From NCBI RefSeq assembly GCF_009914755.1, contig NC_060925.1: a stretch of 64,000 nucleotides of DNA; one strand, 5' to 3'. A program made the translations under genes and the position numbers. Below the pieces are notes generated by a model. The model ran no database searches. It was not told where the DNA came from and saw only the letters and a list, made by a program, of their open reading frames with translations. Below, in pieces: positions 27,380-41,928 of the stretch. Source of the stretch: the human T2T-CHM13v2.0 reference genome, Homo sapiens. Within the stretch, counting starts at the first letter, position 1. The number at the start of each line of letters is the position of its first letter.

Positions 27380-28334
27380 CTGGAAAAATCTCATGTCAGA
27401 AACATCAAGCAGCAGCTCCAATACTCTCCAGCCCTGGCCACAGAGGAGTCAGCAGTGAGGTCAGAGACAGCAGAGAGCCAACAGGCAGGAGTGGCCAGGA
27501 GGGGGCAGAGAGCCTGTGCCCTCATCTCAAGCGTACTTTCAATTCTGGGCCCCTAAAAGTTCCATGCCTCAGTTTCTTCATCTCTGAAATGGGGAGAATA
27601 AATCTTGTCTCCTCCCTATCCCAAAAGAATAATACTATTAATAGACATCCCAAGACTGAGAAAGATTAAAGAAAAAGGAGTTTAAGATAAACTCCCAAAA
27701 ATGTTCCCTTCATCTGAGTTAATAACAAAACCAATTTGAATTAAATATGAACATTAAGATCGCGAATGCATCTGTAATATCTGTTTGGTGAAATGCAAAC
27801 CCACGGCTCAGCATATGTAATAAAACACAAACACCTGGACTGCTCAAGGACTGCAAAATCAGTGGCTTCTGTGTTACATCAAATGCAGTCTAACGTGGAA
27901 AGCAGAGATTGCCATGGTTTTATGCCACTAAGCCTTAGGAAGACAGGAAAACAGGCGATGCCACATAGCAAAGCACACAAAGCAGTAAAAAACTTTATCT
28001 TAGCCAACATTATGCAAATCAAACTAAGTTTTAACTAATAGTTACGGCAAGGCTTCTCAGTGTTGTTCACAGTAAAGCCAAAGGGTATGTTTAGGCTATT
28101 CTGATCAGGTAAATACCATAAATATTTTTTTCAAGGTGCAGCGAGAGAACCAAAGCAGCTGCTGCTAAAACAACTTAGACAACCTGACCTTGATTGCTGT
28201 TGCCCAGACTGATAGTTAAACAACAAGGTGCTAGGAGAACATCAGTCATCAGCCCTCAAATATCTAAAAACAGGCAAAAATGAGCTTGTACCAGCAAAGG
28301 AGGACTTGGCAAGTACTTGTAAAATCAGTAAGTC

Positions 28335-28926
28335 CGGCGGGGAGCGGTGGCTCACGCCTGTAATCTCAGCACTTTGGGAGGCCTAGATGGGCAGATCACG
28401 TGAGGTTAGGAGTTCGAGACTAGCCTGGCCAACACGGTGAAACCCTGTCTCTACTAAAAACAAAAAAATTAGCCGGATGTTTTGGGCACAAGCCTGTAAT
28501 CCCAGCTACTCGGGAGGCTGAGGTAGGAGAATCACTTGAACCGAGAGGCAGAGGTTGCAGTGAGCTGAGATTGCGCCACTGCACTCCAGCCTGGGCAACA
28601 AGAGCAAAACTCCATCTCAAAAAAAAAGGCTGGGCGCAGTGGCTCACACCTGTAATCCCAGCACTTTGGGAGGCCGAGGTGGGTGGATCACAAGGTCAAT
28701 GGATCGAGACCATCCTGGCTAACATGGTGAAACCCCGTCTCTACTAAAAATACAAAAAATTAGCCGGGCGTGGTGGGAGGTACCTGTGGTCCCAGCTACT
28801 CAGGAGGCTGAGGCAGGAGAATGGAGTGAACCGGGAGGTGGAGCTTGCAGTGAGCTGAGATCACGCCACTGCACTCCAACCTGGGCGACAGAGCGAGACT
28901 CCATCTCAAAAAAAAAAAAAAAAAAA
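28335..28926 (+). mobile_element. Two tandem Alus (AluS, then AluY/Sc-like)
   Basis: Second Alu begins at ~28628 in the tail of the first. Confidence 0.9.
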
Positions 28927-29574
28927 ATTAATAATTCCAAGACTGGGCTGGAAAATATAAGAATGAATCTATACCAACAGGCCACAATACTTGGCTAAAT
29001 GTGTGCTTTGAGAAAATCACTGCTTACTGTTTTGCTAAAATGACAAGAAAATAACCAGAAAATGAACAGGTACGCGTCTCAAGAATGCAACCTTTACAGT
29101 CAGAATGCGTTACTTTCATGAGGAGGAGGAGTCTGGAATGTGAAATCTGAATAACATAAAAGTAATCAGGTTATAATCCTGGAGTCTAAAGGTCTACCCT
29201 GCAGTGATTAGGATTCAGAAGCACTCATCATGGGGTCACATGATGTCTAAAATGTGCATCGCAGCTAGGGCCAGATTGACCAGGGCTATAAAAAAACGAG
29301 TATCACTGTACTGAGAGGCAGAGCAGATGATCCCTAAGGTCTTCCTTTGGGTCTAAGATTCTATAATTCACTTAGAAAATAAAGTTCTCTCTCATTACTT
29401 GTCCAAACAGGGGAAAAAAATATTTTCTTTATATTTGTAAGGAAATAAAAGTCTGGGCTTAGCAACTTGCTTAAAGACATGGCTAGGACCAAAACTCTCA
29501 CTCCTGAATCACAGGCCCCATCCTCTCCCCAGCTGCCCCGGTTCTCTGTAAAACAGAAGAAACTCTGTACCCAC

Positions 29575-29682
29575 CACAAGTGGTCCTGGTAAGTGTGGAG
29601 CACAGAGAAGCCCCTTCCCTTCAGGCCTGACGTGAGCATCTCAGCTGTGGACATGGCTGCAACTCCAATGGCTACAGGGGCT
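29575..29682 (-). CDS. EIF2D: EIF2D exon 5, PUA domain
   Basis: APVAIGVAAMSTAEMLTSGLKGRGFSVLHTYQDHLW; tag| and |gtgggt. Confidence 0.96.
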
Positions 29683-30979
29683 CTAAGAAGAAGGAAGCCA
29701 GAGACCAGGGTCATGGAAAATCTATGGGAAGGGCACATGTTAGGATCATCTTCTGACACATGTGGTAAAAATACCAAGGTTACCAATTCGAAGGTCTTGT
29801 ATCATAAAACCAAACTCAGTCCACTCTCAGTTTTCTTCAGATTATGTACAAATATTACTTTCAAAAATCCCTTGACCAAATATTAAACTAAACACTAAAC
29901 TTCTGTATTAGTAACTCCTCTATTGACTTTATCACTGCCTTTGTTTTATTCCTGCTGTGAATTAAATCTCCAGGTGGGTCTTGGAAGGATATTTAATGTT
30001 CCCTTTCATTAATTTCAAAAATATAAATTATCTCCTCTACCTTAAAGAAGTCATAGCCATCCCATAAGGAAGTTTAAAGGGGAGGCAATTCATATATCAT
30101 AAATTAGGCTGAGGGATGCCATAGGGAAGAGAGAAGAGACACATAGTGGGGCCAACTAGAGAAGTTCCTTCTAAGTTGACTTTATAAGAGGGGTTGCTCA
30201 GTGTAACTATATATCTAAGAACTGGATGTTTCCAGGATATCAAAAACAACCACATATATAGTAACTACAGAAACTTCCAAAGCCCAGATGAGAAATCTCT
30301 GCCAGCCCAGTGTTACTCAAGCATTGATCAATCAGATATTGCCTGTAAGGATAGGTGACTAGCTGGATAACAGTGGGGGAATAATACATAAGCCTGGCAA
30401 GGTAGCCAGGGTCCAAGTGAGAGTTCCCAATACTTGAACTTGCTTTAAACCTGGTAGCTCTGCTAACTGTACCTATAGGTCAGTTCCTGCCACAAAATCT
30501 GAAACTGGCTTCTTTCCCAGTTCTTAAAAGAAGGTTTTTCTCATCTACCCCTGAAAGGTCAATGGCTTGAGAACTCCAGTCTTGAACATGACTTGTATTT
30601 TTAACAACCCCTCATATCATTACCCCCACCACAAACCATCCATAGCTCCACCCCCATATACACTCTAAAGGCTAAAGTGAACAGGCCAAATATCCATTTA
30701 CATAGTTTCCTCCTATCTCAGATAGAATACTGGGGGAGAAAAACGGTAACACCATCATTCTTTTCAACTGTAATTTCTGCTACAGGTAAACAGAAGTTTC
30801 TAGGTGCTTGGTTCCAAAGCGTTCAAGGAAAATAGAATAATATGAGTAGCAAAAATAAGATCTTTGAACACTGACCCCTCCCATGCCTACCATCGCTCTT
30901 TCCTTCTCTCTCAAAGAAGAAATTATCAAAATAATGAGTCCACCTTGGTCATCTCCATGAAAAAAAATAGTAAGATGTA

Positions 30980-32175
30980 ATTTTTCACTCACTAGGATAA
31001 CACAAATGAAGATGACCTATCATATCCAGTATTGGTGAGAGTATAGGGAAATAGGCTCCATATATGCTGCAGGTAGGTGTAAAAACTGATACAGCTTGTT
31101 TGTAGGAAAACAGAAAATACACATGATCTTCAACCTAACAATTCTGCATTTTAGTATCTACTCTGGAAAAATACTAGCAACAGTGTCCCTAGAGGCATCA
31201 ATAAGATAACGTTTGTAATAGAGACAAATTGGAGGCAACCTCAATGTCCACCAGGAGAGGGCCTCTTCCATCACCACACAACAGGTAAAAAGGTTTGGCA
31301 GATCTGTGTGTTCTTATTTAACACACAGTTAAAGTTAAATGTGTATTGTTAGTATTTAAATGTCCGCATAAAAATAAAAAAGAAAAATTAAAAAAAGAAA
31401 ACGTCCACACTATATTAAGTGAAAAAATAACACATACACAGTATAATTTTGTTTGAATTTTTAAACACACATACCCTAAGCCATGTATTTTTATACGCAC
31501 ATGTATATATGTGTAGGACAATGACAAGAAGGACACACATCAAAATGATAATGGTTATTTCTAGGAGAAAAAGATTGTGGGGTAAGGGAGGCTTTTAATT
31601 TTTCAGAGCTGTTCATACAATTACTTCTTATTTTTAAAAAGAAGCATTGGAGGCTAGACGTAGTGGCTCATGCCTGTGATCCCAACTCTTTGCGAGGCCA
31701 AGGCAGGAGTATCGCTTGAAGCCAACAATCTGAGACCAGCCTGAGCAACAGAGTGAGATCCTGTCTGTATGTAAACTGTATCTCAATAAAGCTATCAAAA
31801 ATAATTAAAAGATGAGGATAATGATATGCATATAGGGAAAAAGCATGAGGGTGATGAAAGACAACAACAACAAAAAAACAAAAAAGGTCACAAACAGGAG
31901 ACTAAGGAGACATGACAACTAAATGGAATTTGGTATTTTACATTGGATACGTGAAGAGAAAGAAGATATCAGTGAAAAAACTGGGGAAATATGAATAAAG
32001 TCTGTAGTTTAGTTAGCAGTACTTTGCCAATGTTAATTTCTTAGTTGTAATAATCTATATTGTGGTTATGTAAGAGGCTACCATTAGAGGAAGCTGGGTA
32101 ATGAGCATTTCAGAACTCTACTATCTTTGCAACTCTTCTGTAAATCTAAAAAATAAAATAAAATAAAATAAAATA
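30980..32175 (+). mobile_element. Old L1M fragments with an Alu monomer at ~31652-31765
   Basis: Degenerate L1 3' sequence. Confidence 0.6.
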
Positions 32176-32410
32176 AAAATGCTAAGTTGAAAGAAAACAG
32201 AGCAGCAACAGCAAACAGCAAATACACTCTGCCCAGGCACATGGATTCCCCATAGGTTTGCTGCCATTCTCCTGCTGGCCCACTCTGCTTCTTCCAAAAC
32301 CGATTTTTGCTTTCACTCTTTTGTTCATATGCTTTATAAGTTGTCATTCCCCTCCAACTTCTCTTTTACACAAGTTTTTCCCCCAAAGGCACAGTTGCCT
32401 GGCACAGTAC

Positions 32411-32501
32411 CTGTTCCCCACCAAAGAAATGGCACAGAGGTCGCCCTTCTGTACCTGAGGCAGACCAGCAGGGGGCATCACCAGTCCAGGCAGCATCAAA
32501 T
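32411..32501 (-). CDS. EIF2D: EIF2D exon 4, PUA domain
   Basis: DLMLPGLVMPPAGLPQVQKGDLCAISLVGNR; cag| and |gtactg. Confidence 0.96.
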
Positions 32502-32582
32502 CTGCAATGAACAAAAAAAATCACAACCTGCATTCAGCCTCCATCTCACTCTGCGTTTTACTTCATCATTTCCTCACTCGCT

Positions 32583-32714
32583 CAACAAAAAAATAGTTAC
32601 TAGGTATCAACTATGTTTTTCATAATAAAAATGAAAAATGGCAACTTCCAACAAAAAAATAGTTATTAGTTATCAACTATGTTATTCATAATAAAAATGA
32701 AAAATGGCAACTTC
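32583..32714. repeat. 66-bp tandem duplication (2 copies, 3 mismatches)
   Basis: 32583-32648 and 32649-32714. Confidence 0.95.
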
Positions 32715-32907
32715 AGTATCAGACCTTCTCCCCTTAGGGGGCTAAAGGTCAAACAGAGTTTGAGTGTCCTGGCCGGGCGCAGTGCCTTATGCCTGTGGCT
32801 TACGCTTTTTATGACCCCTTCACCCATCCAATAGCAGGACATTTATTTTTATTCAAATGGTGGTTTCTAAGCCAGAAGTGGGAACCTTGACTTCCACTCC
32901 AGACTCA

Positions 32908-33258
<351 letters not shown>

Positions 33259-33550
33259 CTATAACATGATCTGTCTTGTCCTAGTTTCCTAAATTCAGCT
33301 TATTGATTTACAGTATAGCACATGGTGGTTCATAAAATACTTTCACAACACTTATTTAAGCCTTACAACAGGGCCAGAGGGGCCCAGAGATCTTGTGTGG
33401 AACCAGCCAAGTGAGAAACATAAAACACATAGGGGAAAAAATTCCATTTTTCAACCACAAAAACACAGGAAATGGGTAAGTTTATTACATCAGTTGGCTT
33501 TTGCTAAGTAGGTTTCAGCCAATAGCCAGAATATAGGAGAATCCTCTTAC

Positions 33551-33634
33551 CTGCTCCCCCTACCAGTTTCTCGAGCACCAGAGGCCATGTTGTAAAGGTT
33601 GGCAGAAGATCAGGATAGGACCACAGCGTGTACA
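33551..33634 (-). CDS. EIF2D: EIF2D exon 3
   Basis: VYTLWSYPDLLPTFTTWPLVLEKLVGGA; cag| and |gtaaga. Confidence 0.96.
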
Positions 33635-34411
33635 CTGTACAAAAAGAGATCCAGAAAACACTACTACCAAAAAGCCAATCTTCTAGAGAAATGGAAAAAC
33701 CTAACACTATGGTCACTTTAATTAGAATACAGGAAAGAAACTCAACTCAAAGCTAAAGAGAAGGTTGTAAGGGGATGCCCAGAGAGGTTTCATTTTTGAG
33801 GAAGGAAAAAACCTAAGAAACTGAGTGTCACTTGAGATTTGGAGGCATCCGGATTGCAGCAGCAGAAAATGGTCACAGTGGACAAAAAAGTGAGGGCAGA
33901 GAACCAATGAAGCTTTTATTTACGGCTTCAGAAGCAAGTAGCCTAAGAACAGGAAGCCAGCTGTATAAAATTTGGAAACTTTCCCATGTTTATCATTTTT
34001 ATCCCCTCTGTTTCCATAGTGATTAGCAGCAAAAACCCCTAGGTCAAAAAGCATTGTGGTTGTCTTCAGGTACAGCAAGGAAGTGAGATCAGGGGCAGGA
34101 GTGGCCTAAGGATATTGCATTGCACTATTGCAGACAACCCTGGAGGATGAAAAGCCCCAAGTTACAAAGTAGGTGTCAGCAGCTATGGAAAAGAGAAAAG
34201 GAGACTGAGTCCCTGAGATTTGTGACAGAGAAGGCAAAGAATCCTAGAGAGCCACTCATAGCCTAAAAAATCCCTGTGAGACCTATGGTTAAAGTACACC
34301 ATGAAAACAGCTGGATATGTAGCTTATCAATCCAGCTTTATTCCTATCACAGTATATCTTTTCAGTATTTTAGGAAAATCCTGCTACAGATAGTTTTAAG
34401 AAACATTTTTT

Positions 34412-35039
<628 letters not shown>

Positions 35040-35358
35040 CTATTCCTAGTCAACCCACTGTAAACTTCTCAGCCACTGTTCCTTCATCTCAGAACTTCCC
35101 TTTGCAACCACCCTTACTTACTATGTCAGCCCTTTTTTTAATCCCTCCTATAGTGGTTTTGCATAAGAGAAAACCTTTTGCATCCTAGAATTGAAAGACC
35201 CAATTCTAGGAACACCAGGTCCATAAAGATCCTTGGGGATGGTATTGGGAGATTTCGTGCTTGCTTATTTTATGGGAGACAATGGAAGAAACAGAGAGAA
35301 GCAGATGTTAGGCAAGAACTACCTAATGGTAATGGCCATCTTCGTCCTGTTGTCATAC

Positions 35359-35549
35359 CTGTTGGATACAGATTTTTCTCCAGTTCAAAGAGGATGGGGT
35401 TACCACCACTCACGTACACAGTCACTGCATCCCCTTTGTGAGCATACAACTTCACAATGTTGAGCTCCTCCTTTCCAGGTACTAACTCAGAGACTTGATC
35501 AGTTCCAAGGGTGGGGAAAGCAGTTGTCACATCAGCTCGAAGCTTTCTC
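35359..35549 (-). CDS. EIF2D: EIF2D exon 2
   Basis: RKLRADVTTAFPTLGTDQVSELVPGKEELNIVKLYAHKGDAVTVYVSGGNPILFELEKNLYPT; cag| and |gtatga. Confidence 0.96.
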
Positions 35550-36461
35550 CTGTGGAAAGCACACCAGCACTGTGAATGCTGCCTGGACAGACTTTTAATA
35601 AATATCAAGAACGAACTCAAAAGTGCTCACTATAAAATCACAAGGGCCAAAGAAAGATTGCCTGGTTTATGATGTCCTAGTCTCACACACACTCTTCTGA
35701 AACATCCTAAACTCTTTTTCATCCATTGTCATCTATTTTCACTCATTCCTGGGGTATGCCTTCCCATTTTATGGGTGGGAAAACAGGCCCAGTGAACAAT
35801 CCAAGTTAGCCTGACACAGGAAACAGCCCTGCCTTCCTGACTTCATGCCTAGCCCTTGGGCCCACTCCTTTCTCATACATGCTTCGCAAATATGCCAGTT
35901 TATGATTAAATAACTATGCCATGAGACCTATAGACAACTATAAAGCACTGGTTACAAAATTCCAAACACAATCTCCATTTGTGACCCTGTCTGAACAGAT
36001 ACAGTTCTTCTTACCACATGTGCCTTATTCCCTCCCACCTCAGTTTCCAGCTGTCTCTCCTGCCAGAATTAATCACTAGTCATTTTTTTCTCTTATACTT
36101 TTAATTCTTGGTATCCCATCCGATCTCTCCCAAGGGGCATTAAGCTCTTTGGAGGGCAAGAATTCTGTATTCCTTCACTTCTGCATTCTCCACAACACCT
36201 TAAATAGTCTGCAGTCAGTAAACTCTGACTTAACTACGTTTTCTTTTAAACTCACTAGACTATCCAAAAGAGAGCCAGGTCCCCCTCCATCCTCACCTCA
36301 AAATGTGTCTAACCCACCCTTGCCTCCTGGGGTCCCTTCCCTGGCATACCCCTCGGCCTCCACCCGAGGATGTCGGCCAAGAATAGCGAGGGCTATGGGC
36401 CAGCGGGGCCCAAGAGGTGTCTGGTTGTTCCGTGGCAGAGCAGGCCCCTTTCCTCCCTCAC

Positions 36462-36517
36462 CTGTCCGACCCCTTGATGGCCGTGTTGGACTTGACCCGA
36501 AAGGCCTTGGCAAACAT
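36462..36517 (-). CDS. EIF2D: EIF2D exon 1 coding part (start codon); translation initiation factor 2D / ligatin
   Basis: ATG at 36517, MFAKAFRVKSNTAIKGSDR, |gtgagg donor; 15 exons sum to 584 aa. Confidence 0.97.
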
Positions 36518-36563
36518 GTCTGCTGGGGTGGCCTGGGGAAGAGAGCACAGAAGCCAGGGAATG

Positions 36564-36617
36564 TCAAGAAAGCGAGGGCGCAGCAGCTGCCAGGCCCTCA
36601 GCCGTGGGGGCAGCCAT
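36564..36617 (-). other. uORF in EIF2D 5' leader, MAAPTAEGLAAAAPSLS* (17 aa)
   Basis: agcATGG strong Kozak context; out of frame with the main ORF; ends 46 nt before the main ATG. Confidence 0.7.
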
Positions 36618-36992
36618 GCTGGGGCCCGGCCGCGAAAAGGGCCCGGCTGGAAACCAGGGCCGCGCAGCTTCGTGGCCGTTGCCGCTGGGGAGGCCGCGGC
36701 CGCCCCCAGTGGCGGTACCTGGAACTAAAGCAGGGCAGGGAGGGGCAGGGCCCAGGGAACGCCCCTCCCCCCCACCTTCCCATCCCCTCGCGGGCCTGGC
36801 TCTGCGCCTGCGCGAGCGGCTCGGGTTCCCCGTCCGTAGCGACTCGGCCACGCCAATAGCTGTTCTGTTTATTTCCTTCCACCCCATCAACCTTAGGAAC
36901 TGCTTTGAGTAGAAGCTCTCTGCAAGCTCCCATTCCATTCGGTTCGGTTCAATTCCGCAAAAATAATTGAACTGATAAACAGTTCAGGCTTC

Positions 36993-37970
<978 letters not shown>

Positions 37971-40201
37971 TAAAGGCATTCTATGATTAAGGTCTATTCA
38001 TTGTACTATAAGCTAGAAGCCTCAGCTAGAATTTTCTGTAAGATTTTTCTCATCCCGGATTTTTAGTTTACTTGGGTGGTAATAACAGTAATAGAGAATT
38101 CACTGTTGTCCCAGATTTGTCCCAAAGTCACACAGGCAGGGAAGAGAAATTAGGTTTTCCTCAAAGGGACAGCTGTGTTCCCTGGAGACAAGGATTTAAA
38201 CACCCGGAATCCTGGCTCTTCGTAAATTAAGTCTTGCATATTAAAATTACATTAAGCAATTTAAGTAATAAAAGTAAATTATGTTTTGCATATTAAAACT
38301 TCCAAGTGTCCATTCACCAATAAAAAATCCCAATTGATTCAGTGACGCAGTTGCACAAAGGAGAATTCCACACTGGCTTTCTAAACATTAGGCCTTCTAC
38401 AATGTTTGCCCACCACCTATAGTGGCCTAGGGACCAGCCCCAACTCCTCCTAAACCTGTGACCCACTAGGCCTTTATTCTGAAGTATCCCAGCCACCAGG
38501 CCAATGTCAAAGGAGCCCAGAGGAGGACAGTGCCTACAACAGACCCCTGTACCCACCCTTCACCTCCCACTTAGCCACTCTTCGGATGTGCAATACATTT
38601 GGGGTCTTTTGCAGCACAGCTGCTGAGGAAGCCTCTTTCTTAGGGAACAGAGGAAAGCTATTCAGAGAATACTAAACATTTTAAGCTAGGGGAACTTTTG
38701 TATACCAGATGTCCTTGGATAAGAAAACATCAATTGTAAACCTAAAAATTAATTAGTGGTTGACAAGTAGGAGCCAAGACCCCAGAGGATTCTGCACCAT
38801 GGCATCCAGCCTCCTCTTTGGTAGAGCAAGAGCCCCCTTCCCCAGTGGGCACAATCCCACCTTCTCTGCTTGCATCACAGACCTGCCTGCTCCCTGCTGG
38901 CTGACCCTATTGCAGGGAAAGCAGCCTGAACCTTAAGTTCAGCAAGCCCTGATTCCTGTGCCTTCCATCAGCAGCTCCAGAGCCACCCCACAGGGCTCCC
39001 AGACTGTTCCCCACTGGTGGGTCTGAGCTGCCAAGTTGCAGCAAGGCACAGGGCAACTATACCAAGAAAGCTGCCATTTACTGAGAAAAAGGATCGTTTT
39101 CACTAATTATACTTGATAGCAACTGGCTGTAAATTGGATTCTTTACAAGAGTACCAAGTATTTGGAAGCAAGGGTAGGCCAGATGAGAGATTCCATTTTC
39201 CTTAGACTTCCTTTTTCTTCTCTTCCCAGTGAGTCCTAATGGAGAAAATTTAGTTTAATTCATTGAAACTTAACTGGAAGCTTTCTAATCAGGCTCTGTG
39301 ATTTTTAAGACAAATTCGACACAAGCACTCTGCCCTCAAGGAACTCACAGTCTAACAAGTGGTATTTATGTCCTCTTGAAGTCTATAGGACCACAGGGTA
39401 CCCAAACTGATAATTCATCCATGGCTACCTACTAGTTACTCCTTCACTAGCCTTCTCTTCCCTTCTACTGAAGCCCACACGCAAATCCCCTGAAAATATG
39501 GATCATTGGCATCTACATTTCAAATGTGACCAATGGTTTGAGAATTCTTTGATGGATCTGGATGGCTTTTCAGATGAGCAAGTGTGTTCACAGCCTCAGA
39601 AAGAGTCATGTTATCTTCACCCATATACAGATGATTCAGGGATACGGGATTTTTACTTTTTCAAATGTGTCCATGCCCATTGCCTCATGTTACCTTCATA
39701 CCAATGCTGTAAGCAGTTATTGTTAACCCCTTTGCCAGGTGAGAAACCTGGAGTACAGAGATGTTAACTAACTTGTCCAGGCTCACACAGTTACCTTGCA
39801 TGATTTAGTCTGTGGATGATGCTTTCCAACCACTAGGAAAAAATGGATGCAATAAATGATGTCAGGACAAATGCCTATCCATTTAGGAGGAAAGTTTACC
39901 TCATATTTTCATAAAAAGAAATTCCAGATAAAGATCTAAATGTAAAACAAAACAAAACAAAAACTACCACAAAACTAAGCATGCTTTTACCATATAATCC
40001 AGCAATCACTCTCCTTGGAATTTATATAAATGAGTTGAAAATGTATATCCACACAAAAACCTACACATAGTCATTTATAGTAGCTTTACCCAGAATTGAC
40101 AAGACATGGAAGCAAACAAGATGTTCTTTGGTAGGTGAATGGATAAATAAACTGTGGTACATGCAGATGATGAAATATTCTTCACCACTAACAAGAAATG
40201 A

Positions 40202-40294
<93 letters not shown>

Positions 40295-40721
40295 TGAGGT
40301 CAGGAGTTCGAGACCAGCCTAGCCAACGTGGTGAAACCCCATCTCTACTAAAAAATACAAAAATCAGCCACACGTGGTGGTGGGCACCTGTAATCCCAGC
40401 TACTTGGGAGGGTGAGGCACGAGAATTGCTTGAACCCAGAGGTGGAGGTTGCAGTGAGCTGAGATTGTGCCACTGCACTCTAGCCTGGGCGATAGAGTGA
40501 GACTCAGTCTGAAAGAAAGGAGAGAGAAGAGAGAAGTGAGAGAGAACATGAAGGAATCTTAAATGTGTATTATTATATTAAGTGAAAGAAGCCAATCTGA
40601 AAAAGATCATACTGATAGTATGTAAGTGATGGTTCCAACTATATAACATTCTGGAAAAGGCAAAACTTTGGAGATAATAAAGAGATCTGTGGGGGAGGGA
40701 AAGATGAACAGGTAGAGCACA

Positions 40722-41058
40722 TGTTGGGAGAAAAGCTGAGTGTTGGGAGAGCAGCTGAGGCAGGGCTTCCATGTCTGCTAGACTTGCTGGCTCCTTGCTT
40801 CTAGCACACCCATTATTTCAAGCAGCCATTCACTTGATACACTGTTTCCTGTCAACCCCCACATCTTCACCACCTGTTTGTTTGTTTGAGCACCAATAAG
40901 CAGCCGTGGACGCCCAGAAATCGGGGCCTTGGCAGCCTCCACACTCACGATGGTCCCCTGGTCCCACTTTCTCTCTCAAACTGTCTTTTTCTCATTCTTT
41001 TGACTCTGCTGGACTTCGTCGCCCCCACGACCTGGTGTTGGGTCTGATCACCCCAACA
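40722..41058 (+). mobile_element. Solo ERV LTR (probably ERVK class, LTR14-like), 337 bp
   Basis: TGTTGGG...CCCCAACA terminal inverted ends; family name from recall only. Confidence 0.75.
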
Positions 41059-41547
41059 ACATTCTGGAAAAGGCAAAACTATGGAGATAGTAAAGAGATC
41101 CGTGGGGGAGGGAAAGATGAACAGGTAGAGCACAGAGGATTTTAGGGCAGTGAAATGCTTCTGTATGACACTACAGTAGTGGGTACATGTCATTATACAT
41201 TTGTCCAGACCCACAGAATGTACGACACCTAATGAACCATAATGTAAACTATGAACTTGCAGTGATAATGATATGTCAATATAGGCTCATTGATTATAAT
41301 ACGCAAATAAATAAGCCTTGATTCATAACTCACAGCCTATTCACATACAAACTCAAAACAGATTGTAGACCTGAATAGAAAACAAACCATAAAACTTCTA
41401 AAAGAAAACATACGAGAACACCTTTGTGACCTTGTGTTACACAAAGATTTTTTAGATATGACACAGTAAACATGACCCATTAAAATAAATAATAACAATT
41501 TGGACTTCATAAAAATGAATAAATTTTGCTCTTCAAAAGACAGGTTA

Positions 41548-41928
<381 letters not shown>

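Larger units (their letters stand above)
36350..36870 (-). promoter_or_regulatory. EIF2D CpG-island promoter
   Basis: CpG/GC-rich; NRF1-like TGCGCCTGCGCG 36803-36814; CCAAT 36853-36857. Confidence 0.85.

Noticed and set aside
32583-32714. CRISPR-like or array interpretation of the direct repeats
   Set aside because: Only two adjacent copies with no spacers; eukaryotic tandem duplication
36149-36859. 236-aa + strand ORF across the EIF2D promoter
   Set aside because: Non-ATG start, GC-rich and stop-poor CpG island, antisense to exon 1, no recognisable domain
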